Shown: piece after piece, positions 30,001 to 39,399 of the stretch | Position numbering within the stretch: position 1 is the first letter of the stretch | How the letters are laid out: every line of letters begins with the position of its first letter | DNA from: Blastococcus sp. | Lineage (GTDB): Bacteria; Actinomycetota; Actinomycetes; Mycobacteriales; Geodermatophilaceae | Length of the DNA stretch: 64,000 nucleotides | NCBI GenBank assembly: GCA_025965695.1 | Contig: JAOPWM010000193.1 | Location: 6,093 to 70,092 of the forward strand | Direction: 5' to 3' | Program-made: the position numbers and the translations under genes | Notes under the pieces: generated by a model | The model's input: the letters and a program-made list of their open reading frames with translations, nothing else | Database searches by the model: none | What the model was told of the DNA's origin: nothing

Positions 30001-31062
30001 TCACTTCCTCCGGGCTGCGTAATTCTTGATGTACAGGTTGACCATGACCGCGGCGAGCAGCATCACGCCGAGGAAGGTCTTGAACCAGTTCGGGTCCCAG
30101 CCGGCGAAGACGATGCCCTGGGTGGTCATCCCGAAGATGAGTGCGCCGAGCGCCGAGCCGACGGCTGAGCCGTATCCGCCGGTGAGCAAGGCGCCACCGA
30201 CGACGGCCGCGATGATGTAGACGAACTCGTTTCCGACGCCGATTCCGGCCTGCACCGTGCTGAAGTTCATCAGCAGGTGCATCCCGAGGAACCAGGCGAG
30301 GAACGCAACGCCCATGAAGAGGCCGATCTTGACCTTGCGGACCGGGACTCCGACCGCCCGCGCGCTGGCCTCGTTCCCGCCGGAGGCGAAGATCCAGTTT
30401 CCGACGCGGGTGCGCAGCAGGACCCAGGTGCCGACGGCCACGAACAGGATCCACCAGAGAACGGTGACCTTGAGGGTGATGATGCCCAGGTCGATGTCGG
30501 AGGCGAAGACGGCTTTCGCCGAGGCGAACCCGTCCAGCTGATTGATGTTGGGCGTCGCGACGGCCCCCGTGACCAGCTTCGTGACGCCGAGATTCAGCCC
30601 CTGCAGGATGAAGAACGTGCTCAGGGTGACCAAGAAGCTGGGGATCCCGGTCCGGACCACGAGATATCCGTTGATGAAGCCGACCGCGAGCGCCACGGCG
30701 AGGCTGATGAAGACGCCGGCCCACACGTTCAGGCTGAACTGAAAACTGAGCATGGCGGCGGTCAGTGCGGCAGTGGTGACCGCGACGCCCGAGGACAGGT
30801 CGAACTCCCCGCCGATCATGAGCAGGGCGACGCCGACCGCGACGATCCCGATCGTCGAGCTGGCGTAGAGGTAGGTCGACGCCGCCGGCAGGCTCCGGAA
30901 CGTCGGGGCGACCGCGTAGAAGAAGAGGAAGATGACGATGGCTGCCGCCAGCGCACCCACCTCGGGACGGGCGAGGACGCGCGTTACCAGCGACCGCGGC
31001 TGACGCGCAGGGGGGGCGGACGCGGGTGGGGCGGATGGTTGTGTCGCCACGGACGAGCTCAT
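30001..31062 (-). CDS. Sugar ABC transporter permease (RbsC-like)
   Basis: GEFDLS, IAAVVGG..LTGG.GS; multiple TM helices. Confidence 0.92.
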   Translation of the reverse strand: MSSSVATQPSAPPASAPPARQPRSLVTRVLARPEVGALAAAIVIFLFFYAVAPTFRSLPAASTYLYASSTIGIVAVGVALLMIGGEFDLSSGVAVTTAALTAAMLSFQFSLNVWAGVFISLAVALAVGFINGYLVVRTGIPSFLVTLSTFFILQGLNLGVTKLVTGAVATPNINQLDGFASAKAVFASDIDLGIITLKVTVLWWILFVAVGTWVLLRTRVGNWIFASGGNEASARAVGVPVRKVKIGLFMGVAFLAWFLGMHLLMNFSTVQAGIGVGNEFVYIIAAVVGGALLTGGYGSAVGSALGALIFGMTTQGIVFAGWDPNWFKTFLGVMLLAAVMVNLYIKNYAARRK

Positions 31063-31088
31063 GGCCTGGCTCCAGGGGTGAGGAAGGA

Positions 31089-31117
31089 GGGGGAGCCGGC
31101 ACAGGCCCGGCTCCCCC
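31089..31117. terminator. Stem-loop between the binding-protein and permease genes
   Basis: gggggagccgg / ccggctccccc inverted repeat. Confidence 0.6.
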
Positions 31118-31127
31118 ATGAGCGGGA

Positions 31128-32096
31128 CTACCGGGTGTTGTTCTTGGCGTACTGGACGATCGGGCCGATGTTGGACTTGTCGACGATGGACGGACCGGTC
31201 AGGACCGGGCCCCCACCCCCGATGTCGTTGCCGTTGCTGAGGTTGAGCCACAGCGCGGTCACCGCCATGTAGCCCTGGACGTAGGGCTGCTGGTCGACGG
31301 AGAACGAGATGCCGCCACTCTGGATCTGCTGAGCGACGTCCGCGTTCAGGTCGAAGGTGACGACCTTGGCCTTGCTGCCAGCATCCGCCGCCGACTTCTG
31401 GGCCGCGAGCGCGATGTCGGCGCCGAGCGTGACGACGTCGGCGATCGAGGGGTCCTGCTGCAGCTTGGCGCCGATGGTCTGCTGGACAGCCGGCAGGTCA
31501 CGGCCGTTGACGTAGAGGACCTCGGTGTTCGGGTTGGTCTGAGCCACGCCGGCGCAACGGGCCTCGAGCTGGACCTGACCCTTCTCCTGGATCACACAGA
31601 TGGTGTGACCCGGGCTCTCCTGCGCGATCTTCTTGCCGACGGTCTGCCCGGCCAGGGTCTCGTCCGATCCGAAGTACATCCCGATGCCGTACTTGGTGTA
31701 AGCGTCCCTGCCGGCGTTGAACGCGACGGTCGGGATCCCGGCATCCACGGCCTTCTTGGCAGCCGGTCCGATCGCGTCAGGAGTCGGCAGAGTCGTAGCG
31801 ATCCCATCGACCTTGCTGTCGATCGCGTTCTGGATGAGCCCCGCCTGCTTGCCCGCGTCGGGATCGTTCGAGTACTTCAGCGTGACGTTGTGGTCCTTGG
31901 CGCCCTGCTGTGCGCCGTTCCGAATCTTGTCCCAGAACGTGTCGCCAGGGGCTTCGTGCGTGATCATCGCGATGGTGTAGCTCTGGCCCGTCCCACCGGT
32001 GTTCTGCGCGCCCCCCTTACTGCTGCACGCGGCCAGCGCGACGACGGCGGCAACCACCGCCACCAACGCCTGCAGCGACCTTCGGGTGCTCCTCAT
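31128..32096 (-). CDS. Sugar (probably inositol) ABC substrate-binding lipoprotein
   Basis: Lipobox LAAC; ITH..PGDTFW, DQQPYVQGY. Confidence 0.9.
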   Translation of the reverse strand: MRSTRRSLQALVAVVAAVVALAACSSKGGAQNTGGTGQSYTIAMITHEAPGDTFWDKIRNGAQQGAKDHNVTLKYSNDPDAGKQAGLIQNAIDSKVDGIATTLPTPDAIGPAAKKAVDAGIPTVAFNAGRDAYTKYGIGMYFGSDETLAGQTVGKKIAQESPGHTICVIQEKGQVQLEARCAGVAQTNPNTEVLYVNGRDLPAVQQTIGAKLQQDPSIADVVTLGADIALAAQKSAADAGSKAKVVTFDLNADVAQQIQSGGISFSVDQQPYVQGYMAVTALWLNLSNGNDIGGGGPVLTGPSIVDKSNIGPIVQYAKNNTR

Positions 32097-32208
32097 GCTC
32101 GTCTCCTCATTGGGGCGGACCCCCGCGCGGGTGGCGGCGGGGCCTGGCAGGCCAGGACATCGGCCGGAGCGTTCGAGGAGGGCGGGAACCCATCCGATCG
32201 CCGTTAGA

Positions 32209-32262
32209 ATGTCTGGACATAGTTACATGCGGAAATGTGACATGACCGACAATCCCCGTCAA
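32209..32262 (-). promoter_or_regulatory. ABC operon promoter with a second iol-type operator (ATGTCTGGACAT)
   Basis: Palindrome at 32209-32220; minus-strand TTGACG (32257-32262), 17 bp, then CACATT. Confidence 0.55.
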
Positions 32263-32275
32263 GGCCTCCCGCTCC

Positions 32276-33475
32276 CTAGCCGACACGGGATGCCGCCGGG
32301 ACGTCGATCCAGGCAGCACTGTCCGACGAGGCCGCCAGGGCGTCGACGGTGACGGCGGCGCGTACGGCGTCGTCCAGGGTCGCGCCGTGGGGGCGCCCCT
32401 CCGCGATCGAGCGCAGGAATTCCCGGGCCTCGATGATCTTCAGGTCGTCGTAACCCATCGCGATCCCGGCGCCGGGCTGGAAGGCGGCATAGTGGCCGGC
32501 GCCGGGCCCCACGTACACGGTCGCTACCGACTGGTCCTGGGGTGAGCCGCCGCGGCTGACGGCGAGCTCACCCATGCGCCGGAAGTCCCAGGACAGTGCA
32601 CCGGTAGTGCCGTGTACCTCGAACCCGTAGGTGTTCTGCTCCCCGACGGCGACCCGGCTCGCCTCGAGGACGACCCGCGCCCCGGAGGCCAGGCGCATCA
32701 GCGCCGCGACGTAGTCCTCGTTCTCGACCGTGCCCATCTCCCCGTGCGCCCCCCGCGCGTGCCCGGCCGTCGGACCGACGGACCGGGCGCGCTCAGGCAG
32801 GAAGACCGCGGTGTCGGCGACGACGGAGGTGATGTCACCGAGAAGGAACCGGACGAGGTCGACGGCGTGCGATGCCAGATCGCCCAGGACCCCGTTGCCG
32901 CCGAGGGCCCGTTCGTAGCGCCAGGTCAGCGCCCCGTCCGGGGAGGCTGCGTAGTCGCTCAGGAAGTGGAACCGGGCGTGCGTGACCCGGCCGATGTCAC
33001 CGGCAGCGATCATCTCCTGTGCCCGCGCGACCGCGGGCGCGTTCCGGTAGTTGAAGCCGACGGCGCTCTGCACGCCGGCGGCCTGGACGGCCGCGCAGAC
33101 CGCGCGCGTGTCATCGGCGGTCACCCCGACCGGTTTCTCGATCCACAGGTGGCGGCCGGCCTCGGCGACGGCGACCCCGATCTCGCGGTGCAACCAGTTC
33201 GGCGCCGTGACGCTCACCGCCTGAATGCGAGGGTCGGTGAGCACCTGCCGCCAGTCCCGCAGCGCCGTGGCGAAACCGAACTGCGGGGTGGCCTCCTCGG
33301 CGCGGCCCGGCACGTCGTCGGCGACCGCGACGAGCTCCGGAACGAGTCCGAGGTCGGGGAAGTGGTGGCGGACGCGCGTGTAGGCCTGCGCATGCACCCT
33401 GCCCATCCACCCGAAGCCGATGACGGCCACACCGATCGGCCGCACGTCTCCGTGATCCATTGCGACCTCGCTCAT
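32276..33475 (-). CDS. Gfo/Idh/MocA oxidoreductase
   Basis: GFGWMG..H, IEKP, GFNYR, GVLGDLASH. Confidence 0.88.
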   Translation of the reverse strand: MSEVAMDHGDVRPIGVAVIGFGWMGRVHAQAYTRVRHHFPDLGLVPELVAVADDVPGRAEEATPQFGFATALRDWRQVLTDPRIQAVSVTAPNWLHREIGVAVAEAGRHLWIEKPVGVTADDTRAVCAAVQAAGVQSAVGFNYRNAPAVARAQEMIAAGDIGRVTHARFHFLSDYAASPDGALTWRYERALGGNGVLGDLASHAVDLVRFLLGDITSVVADTAVFLPERARSVGPTAGHARGAHGEMGTVENEDYVAALMRLASGARVVLEASRVAVGEQNTYGFEVHGTTGALSWDFRRMGELAVSRGGSPQDQSVATVYVGPGAGHYAAFQPGAGIAMGYDDLKIIEAREFLRSIAEGRPHGATLDDAVRAAVTVDALAASSDSAAWIDVPAASRVG

Positions 33476-33548
33476 GGCGGCATCCGATCCGATGCTCCAG
33501 GGGCACGTCGACGTGCGGCAGCAGGCCGATCCTGGTGATGACGACGTC

Positions 33549-33765
33549 GGCGAGCACGACCGACGCGATCGCCGGGTCGCGGCCGGGAAGGAACTCGCCG
33601 TCGAGCGGCGTCCCGGCGGTCACCATCTCCGAGCAGAACCGCAGGGCATCCGGCACCCTCCCGGCCACACGCCCGACCCCGGAGACGGACACCGGTCATC
33701 GGCGCGGTTCCGGTCCGCTCCATGACGGCATCCACCACGCCCTGGGTGCTCGCGAGCCCGTCCAT
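33549..33765 (-). pseudogene. hypA: Degenerate hypA copy (frameshifted, zinc-finger segment deleted)
   Basis: MDGLASTQGVVDAVMERTGTAP / VPDALRFCSEMVTAGTPLDG / GRDPAIASVVLA align to the intact HypA; 25-bp identity 33549-33573 vs 5912-5936. Confidence 0.85.
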
Positions 33766-33963
33766 CGCGCTCCCGCCTCTCAGCGCGCGAACGCTACGCC
33801 GGCCGCAGTCCCCCACCAAGAGCTCTCCGCGGCACGAGCCGCCGCATCGACGGGGCACCCTGCGACGCGAGGCATACGGGTCCGCGACGATCGTCCGGGC
33901 CGGCCTGCCGGTTCCACGGGCGGGCGCAGTGGCGCCGTCCGGGCGGCCTGCGACCCTGGACGG

Positions 33964-35403
33964 GTGACCGCCGTCCGCTCACCCCGCGCGCTCGTCCCCG
34001 TCCTGATGTTCGTGGGCACGGTCGTCGCCGTGATCAGCAGCCTGGGCGCACCCCTGGTTCCGGCGGTCGCCCAGAACATGGGGGCCTCGCTTCCGGCCGC
34101 CCAGTGGTCGCTGACGATCACGCTGCTGGTCGGGGCGGTCGCCACGCCCGTCGTCGGCCGGCTCGGTGACGGACCGCACCGGCGCCCGGTCGTCCTGATC
34201 GTCCTGGGACTGGTCACCGTCGGCGGCGTGCTGGCCGCCCTGCCGCTGGGCCTGGAATGGCTGATCGCGGGCCGCGGGCTGCAGGGCTTCGGCCTGGGAC
34301 TCACCCCCGTGGCCATCGCCATCGCCCGGGATGCGCTGACCGGCGAGCGCTCACGCTCGACCGTTGCCGCGCTGTCGGTCACGGTCGTTGCCGGGGTGGG
34401 GCTCGGTTACCCCACTGCGGGTCTGATCGCCGAGGTGGGAGGCCTGCACGCCGCGTACTGGACCGGCGCAGGCATCAGCCTCCTGGCACTGCTCGCCGCC
34501 GCCGCCGTGCTGCCGCCGTCCCCCGATGCTCCGTCCCGGCGGCTGGACGTCGTCGGCGCCGTGCTGCTGGGCACTGCGCTGGCGGGTCTGCTGCTCGCCC
34601 TGGGCGAGACCGAGACCTGGGGCTGGACGTCCCCGCTGCTCTGGATCGTGACGGCCGGCGCGGTCGCCGTGCTGCTGGGCTGGCTGCTCTGGGAGGCCCG
34701 GACGCCGTGGCCGCTGGTGGACCTGCGCCTGGCCCGCGGGCGGGTTGCCGGCTCCGCGCACGTCGCCGCCCTGCTGGTCGGGCTGTCCAACTACCTCCTG
34801 CTCGCCTCGATCCCGATTCTCGCCCAGGCGCCCCCGGCCGGCGGCGCGGGCTTCGGCACGTCCATCGTCGTCGCGGGGCTGATCCTGCTGCCCTTCTCGC
34901 TGGCGAGCGTGGTGGCCGGCCGGATCGCCCGGTCGTTCACCGATCGGGCCGGCGCACGCCTGGTGCTGCCGGTGGCGGCCCTCGTCCAGAGCGGAGCCTT
35001 CGTCCTGTTCCTCGTCGCACGGACCGAGCTCTGGCAGTTGTTCGTGGTCATGGCGGTCACCGGCATCGGGGTCGGCGCCGCCTTCGCGGCCTTCCCTGCC
35101 CTCATCATCTCCGCCGTCCCGCCGCACGAGACCGGCAGCGCCATGAGCCTCAACCAGGTCCTGCGCTACGTCGGTTTCGCCGTCGGGAGTGCCCTGACGG
35201 CGACGGTTCTCACCGCGGCCACGGCCCCGGGGACGCCGGCGCCGGGCAGCAGCGGCTACGGCACGATCGCGGGAATCGGGTTCGCGGTGTGCGTGACGAC
35301 GGCCGTGGTGACCTGGCTGATCCCAGGGCGCACGCCCGCACCGAATCCGGCGGCGGCCCACCGGACCCAGGACGCCGTGCCGGACGGCGTCACCGGCGGC
35401 TGA
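33964..35403 (+). CDS. MFS transporter (14-TM drug:H+ antiporter-like)
   Basis: GRLGDGPHRR motif A variant, GRGLQG; highly hydrophobic. Confidence 0.88.
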   Translation: MTAVRSPRALVPVLMFVGTVVAVISSLGAPLVPAVAQNMGASLPAAQWSLTITLLVGAVATPVVGRLGDGPHRRPVVLIVLGLVTVGGVLAALPLGLEWLIAGRGLQGFGLGLTPVAIAIARDALTGERSRSTVAALSVTVVAGVGLGYPTAGLIAEVGGLHAAYWTGAGISLLALLAAAAVLPPSPDAPSRRLDVVGAVLLGTALAGLLLALGETETWGWTSPLLWIVTAGAVAVLLGWLLWEARTPWPLVDLRLARGRVAGSAHVAALLVGLSNYLLLASIPILAQAPPAGGAGFGTSIVVAGLILLPFSLASVVAGRIARSFTDRAGARLVLPVAALVQSGAFVLFLVARTELWQLFVVMAVTGIGVGAAFAAFPALIISAVPPHETGSAMSLNQVLRYVGFAVGSALTATVLTAATAPGTPAPGSSGYGTIAGIGFAVCVTTAVVTWLIPGRTPAPNPAAAHRTQDAVPDGVTGG

Positions 35404-35407
35404 CCGG

Positions 35408-35995
35408 TCAGCGCTCCCTGGCGATGCGGCCCATGAGGAAGAACTCGGGATTGGGCATGAGCGCCGCGAAGTGCGCCAGCCGGTTCGACAGGGCGAAGAA
35501 CGAGGTGATCATCCCGAGGTCCCAGACGTCGTCCTGGGTCAGGCCGTGCCCGGTGAGCAGCTCGAGATCCGCCTCAGTGACGGCAGCGGGGTCGGCGGCA
35601 AGCCGGGTCGCCACCGCCAGGACGGCGTGCATCCGCGGCGAGAGCGGGGCCTTGCGCCAGTCGACAGCGACCTGATCGGCCAGGTAGGGGTCCCGTGTCC
35701 GGATCCGTGCGACGGCGCCGTGCGCGATGACGCAGTACAGGCAGTCGTTCCCCGCGCTGGTGGCGACCACGATGAGCTCGCGGTCGGCCTTGGACAGGCC
35801 GGGAGTCTCCTTGTCCATCAGGGCGTCGTGCATCTGGAAGAAGGCCCGCGCCTCCTCGGGCCGCCAGGCCAGCGCGGCGAAGATGTTCGGCAGGAAGCCC
35901 GACCGCTCCTCCACGTCGTCGAAGCGCTCGGCGAGGTCGGCGGGCAGCTCCTCCCGTGGCATCACCGGGAAGCGGCTGATCGGGGTGTCGGTCAC
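35408..35995 (-). CDS. AhpD/CMD-family peroxidase-related enzyme
   Basis: GFLPN, RELI...S..NDCLYCVIAH. Confidence 0.88.
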   Translation of the reverse strand: MTDTPISRFPVMPREELPADLAERFDDVEERSGFLPNIFAALAWRPEEARAFFQMHDALMDKETPGLSKADRELIVVATSAGNDCLYCVIAHGAVARIRTRDPYLADQVAVDWRKAPLSPRMHAVLAVATRLAADPAAVTEADLELLTGHGLTQDDVWDLGMITSFFALSNRLAHFAALMPNPEFFLMGRIARER

Positions 35996-36059
35996 CGCGT
36001 CACTGTGTCAGCGGGCGGCCTGGTTGCCTACTCCCCTCCGTGCTCGGGAGACTGGGGCG

Positions 36060-36446
36060 GTGCCCCTCCGACGCTGCCCGTGCGGGACCGGCCTGCCCCT
36101 CGCGGAGTGCTGCGGCCGGCTCCACGACGGCACCGCCGGCGCGGCGACGGCCGAACAGCTGATGCGCTCGCGGTACAGCGCCTTCGTCCTGGGGGACGCC
36201 GAGTACCTGCTCGCGACGTGGCATCCGACCACCCGCCCGCGGACGCTGGACCTCGATGCCGCCGTGCGTTGGACCGGGCTGGACGTGCTCGCGACGACCG
36301 GCGGCACGCTGCTGGCCTCCGAGGGGACGGTCGAGTTCCGGGCCCACTACCTCCGGAACGGCGGGGCCGGCAGCCAGCACGAGAACAGCCGGTTCGTCCG
36401 CGACGACGGTCACTGGCGCTACCTCGACGGCGTGTCCCTGTCCTGA
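36060..36446 (+). CDS. YchJ-family (SEC-C) protein
   Basis: CPCG...CC, AEQLMRSRYSAF, HENSRF, WRYLDG. Confidence 0.9.
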   Translation: MPLRRCPCGTGLPLAECCGRLHDGTAGAATAEQLMRSRYSAFVLGDAEYLLATWHPTTRPRTLDLDAAVRWTGLDVLATTGGTLLASEGTVEFRAHYLRNGGAGSQHENSRFVRDDGHWRYLDGVSLS

Positions 36447-36477
36447 GCAACACGCGGGGTCCTGAGCAACACGCGGG
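36440..36477 (+). repeat. Perfect 19-bp tandem duplication
   Basis: gtcctgagcaacacgcggg twice, spanning the ychJ stop. Confidence 0.9.
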
Positions 36478-36524
36478 TCGTCGGACGGCCCGCCATCAGG
36501 TCGCGTCACCCGTGGGCTGTGCAC

Positions 36525-36645
36525 ATGAACCACCATCGGCTGGGTTCCGGCGCTCCCCTCCTTCTCGTCCATGGCCTGGGCTCCACCTGGCGGACGTCGG
36601 AGCCGGTCTGAAGGGGCTCTCCGCCGAGCGGGAGATCGTCCTCGC
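36525..36645 (+). pseudogene. Alpha/beta hydrolase N-terminal remnant
   Basis: MNHHRLGSGAPLLLVHGLGSTWRT, then a frameshift to LKGLSAEREIV; no continuation. Confidence 0.6.
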
Positions 36646-36886
36646 CTCGCCCCGCCGAAGGCCATCGGTCGGTCGACCGATGCACACAGCGGCGTCGGGG
36701 TCCTAGCGTCGGGCCCACGGGGATCGCGCACGGACGTCCCGGTCCCGTTGCCGGCGCCCACGCCCGGTCGCGCGGGGCGCCGACGACCGCCGGCGCCGCG
36801 AGACGCTGGGGAAAGGGCGCCATGGACGGCGAGACGTCCGCCACGACCGTGCTCCGACGAGCCGGGACGCCCGAGGAACCCGAGGC

Positions 36887-38188
36887 ATGAGCCGCGCTGT
36901 CCTGCACCCGAGGGCGGGCTCTGCGGCCGCCCGGACGGGGGTCGCCACCAGGGAACTGGCCGCGGTCAACGACCGGCTGCGCGGCACCGTCGCCGACCTC
37001 GAGCAGGCCCGGGACATGCTGGTGGCGCTGACCGGCGTCGCGGCGGCGGGTGGGGGCGGGCACGCCATCGCCGGAACGCTGCACACGATGACCGGGTACC
37101 CGGTCGCCGTCGAGGACCAGTTCGGCAACCCACTCGCCTGGGCCGGGCCGGAGGAGCCGCAGCCCTATCCGAGGACGTCGCCGCGCCGTCGCGGTGAGCT
37201 GCTCGCGGAGGCCGCACGAGGCTCCGGACCGCTGCGCGACCATGACCGGTTGATCGCCCTCGTCCGCTCCTGCGACGGAGTCCTCGGGCTGGTCGCACTG
37301 ATAGATCCCGAACGGCGCGCCGGCCGGCACGAGGTCCTCGCGCTCGAGGACGCGGCCGTGGTGCTGGCCATCGACCTCGCCCATCGGCGCGACCTGGCGA
37401 AGGCCGAGCTACGGCTGGGCGGGGACCTGGTCGGTGACCTGCTCACCGGTACCCACACGGAGAGCGCCCTCGCCCGCGCGGCCGCCCTCGGTCACGACCT
37501 CCGCGGACCCCACCAGGTGCTCGTGGTCCGCTGGCCGGCCGGCCGCGACGAGCAGGGCGTGGTGCACGCCCTCGAACGCGCCGCGAGGCTGTGCCAGGTC
37601 GATGCGCTGGTGGCCCCCCGGTCCGGTGCCGTCGTCCTCGTGGCCGCCGCACCGGAGTCGTGGGGGGCACGGCCGCAGTGGGCCGAGCTGCACCACGCAC
37701 TGTCGGACATCCTGCCGAGCGCACACGGATGCATCGGGGTGGGCAGCGTACGGCTGTCGCCGTCCCAGCTGCCCGACTCCTACTCCGAGGCGCTCCACGC
37801 GCTCGCGATCCGGCAGCGGTCGGAGGGGGGCGGATTGACGTGCTTCGAGGAACTCGGCGTCGTCCGGCTGCTCTTCACCGGTGACGACGACTCGGAGGTG
37901 GATCGCTTCGTCCGGGACTGGCTGGGCGTGCTGATCGACTATGACGGCGCGAAAGGCACCGCCCTCGTGACCACGCTGTCGCAGTACTACGACAGCGGCG
38001 GGAACTACGACGCCACTGCCGCGGCGCTCCAGATCCACCGCAGCACGTTGCGCTACCGGCTCAAGCGCATCCGTGAGCTGACCGGACGCGACCTCAGCGC
38101 GGTCGACTGCCGCCTCAACCTGCAGGTCGCGACGCGGGCCTGGCAGATCCTCAACGGCTTGCCCGCCGGGAATGCACCGCCCTGCTGA
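36887..38188 (+). CDS. PucR/CdaR-family transcriptional regulator
   Basis: C-terminal HTH AAALQIHRSTLRYRLKRI; GGDEF-like middle region. Confidence 0.88.
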   Translation: MSRAVLHPRAGSAAARTGVATRELAAVNDRLRGTVADLEQARDMLVALTGVAAAGGGGHAIAGTLHTMTGYPVAVEDQFGNPLAWAGPEEPQPYPRTSPRRRGELLAEAARGSGPLRDHDRLIALVRSCDGVLGLVALIDPERRAGRHEVLALEDAAVVLAIDLAHRRDLAKAELRLGGDLVGDLLTGTHTESALARAAALGHDLRGPHQVLVVRWPAGRDEQGVVHALERAARLCQVDALVAPRSGAVVLVAAAPESWGARPQWAELHHALSDILPSAHGCIGVGSVRLSPSQLPDSYSEALHALAIRQRSEGGGLTCFEELGVVRLLFTGDDDSEVDRFVRDWLGVLIDYDGAKGTALVTTLSQYYDSGGNYDATAAALQIHRSTLRYRLKRIRELTGRDLSAVDCRLNLQVATRAWQILNGLPAGNAPPC

Positions 38189-38211
38189 GCGACTCGGCAT
38201 CGGCGTGGATG

Positions 38212-39375
38212 TCACTCCGCCGCGCGCTCGGTGGCACCGCTGGTTCGGTAGGTGTAGGCGGCCCGCCGTACGGCCTCGTCGGTCTCCAGGCCTGCGCCGA
38301 GCGCGCCACCGACCGTGGCCAGTGACGACGTGAGCCAGGCGATCGCGACGTAGTCGCTGAACGCGACGGGGTGGCCGAGCGCGTTCACGAGCAGGGTCGG
38401 GGCGATCAGCAGGAGGGCCGCCAGCAGCGCCAGCACGAAGAGCGCCGCGTACAGGACGAGGACTCCGGTGACGACGGTCGCTGTCGTCGCGATGTTGAAG
38501 AGCAGGACCTGCTGTCGCATGCGCGACCGGCCGACGCGTTCCCAGAGTCCCGCGCCGACGATCAGGGTGGCACCGATGGCACCGACGGACCCGGCGGTGA
38601 CGGCGGTCAGTTGCCACCATCCGAGAGCGTCGGCCAACCTCCAGACGTCCGAGGTGACCAGCGCGAAGACGCCGGCGGCACCCGCGGCGGTCAGCGCCCG
38701 GGACAGGCCTGCGGCCAGTTGCCACGGGCGGTTGGCCCGGATCATGCCCGCGAGCAACCGCAGATGGCCGGTGAGGACGCGGGTCGTGAAACGGACCGAC
38801 CGCGACTGCTGGTCCACGTCGGACGCCAGCTCGCGCAGCCGGTGGGTCATCCGGCGCGACCGGGCCGCCGCCTCTCGATGGTCGGCCACGGCGTCCTCGG
38901 TCTCGCCGAGCAGCGCGTCGATCAGCCGGAGCAGCGCGTCGCGGACGCGTCGGCGCACCGCGACGGTCCCGAGCGCGGGCACCGAGAGGACCGCCACACC
39001 GTGCACCGGGCTGGCGTGCGCCACGACCGGCCGCCGGGCCACCCGCAGCGGCAGGTCGGTCAGGACCACCGTCAGGTCCCACCCGCGGGTCAGCAGCGCC
39101 GCCCGGGCGGCACCGACGATCTCGCTGTCGTCAGCCGGGGGTTCCACCAGTCCGTCGTCCACCAGCTCGATCTGCCACGTCACGTCCGGGAGGCGGTCCG
39201 TGAGCTCGCGCCGGATGTCGTCGACGAGGTCGGGGGTCAGCTCGGCGGACAGGCTGGGGGCGGTGACCACCCCCACCGTGATGACGGGCTCGCGCCGCGG
39301 GCCGAGCCCCGGGCCGTCCGCCTGCGCGTCCACGAGCGAACTATCCCGCGCGCCCCGGGGCGGCGACGGCGACAC
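38212..39375 (-). CDS. Conserved hypothetical membrane protein (last gene of the stress operon)
   Basis: Soluble N-domain (VVLTDLP), GMIRANRPW, about 4 TM helices, GGALGAGLE. Confidence 0.75.
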   Translation of the reverse strand: MSPSPPRGARDSSLVDAQADGPGLGPRREPVITVGVVTAPSLSAELTPDLVDDIRRELTDRLPDVTWQIELVDDGLVEPPADDSEIVGAARAALLTRGWDLTVVLTDLPLRVARRPVVAHASPVHGVAVLSVPALGTVAVRRRVRDALLRLIDALLGETEDAVADHREAAARSRRMTHRLRELASDVDQQSRSVRFTTRVLTGHLRLLAGMIRANRPWQLAAGLSRALTAAGAAGVFALVTSDVWRLADALGWWQLTAVTAGSVGAIGATLIVGAGLWERVGRSRMRQQVLLFNIATTATVVTGVLVLYAALFVLALLAALLLIAPTLLVNALGHPVAFSDYVAIAWLTSSLATVGGALGAGLETDEAVRRAAYTYRTSGATERAAE

Positions 39376-39399
39376 GTTCCGCCGTCGTCCGGGAAGGGG

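Noticed and set aside
32236-32251. Second CRP site (TGTGA-N6-CGACA) upstream of the ABC operon
   Set aside because: The right half-site is poor and it overlaps the promoter-like element; too weak to call
36440-36477. Repeat pair as a CRISPR array or IS target-site duplication
   Set aside because: Two abutting copies with no spacer, no cas genes and no transposase
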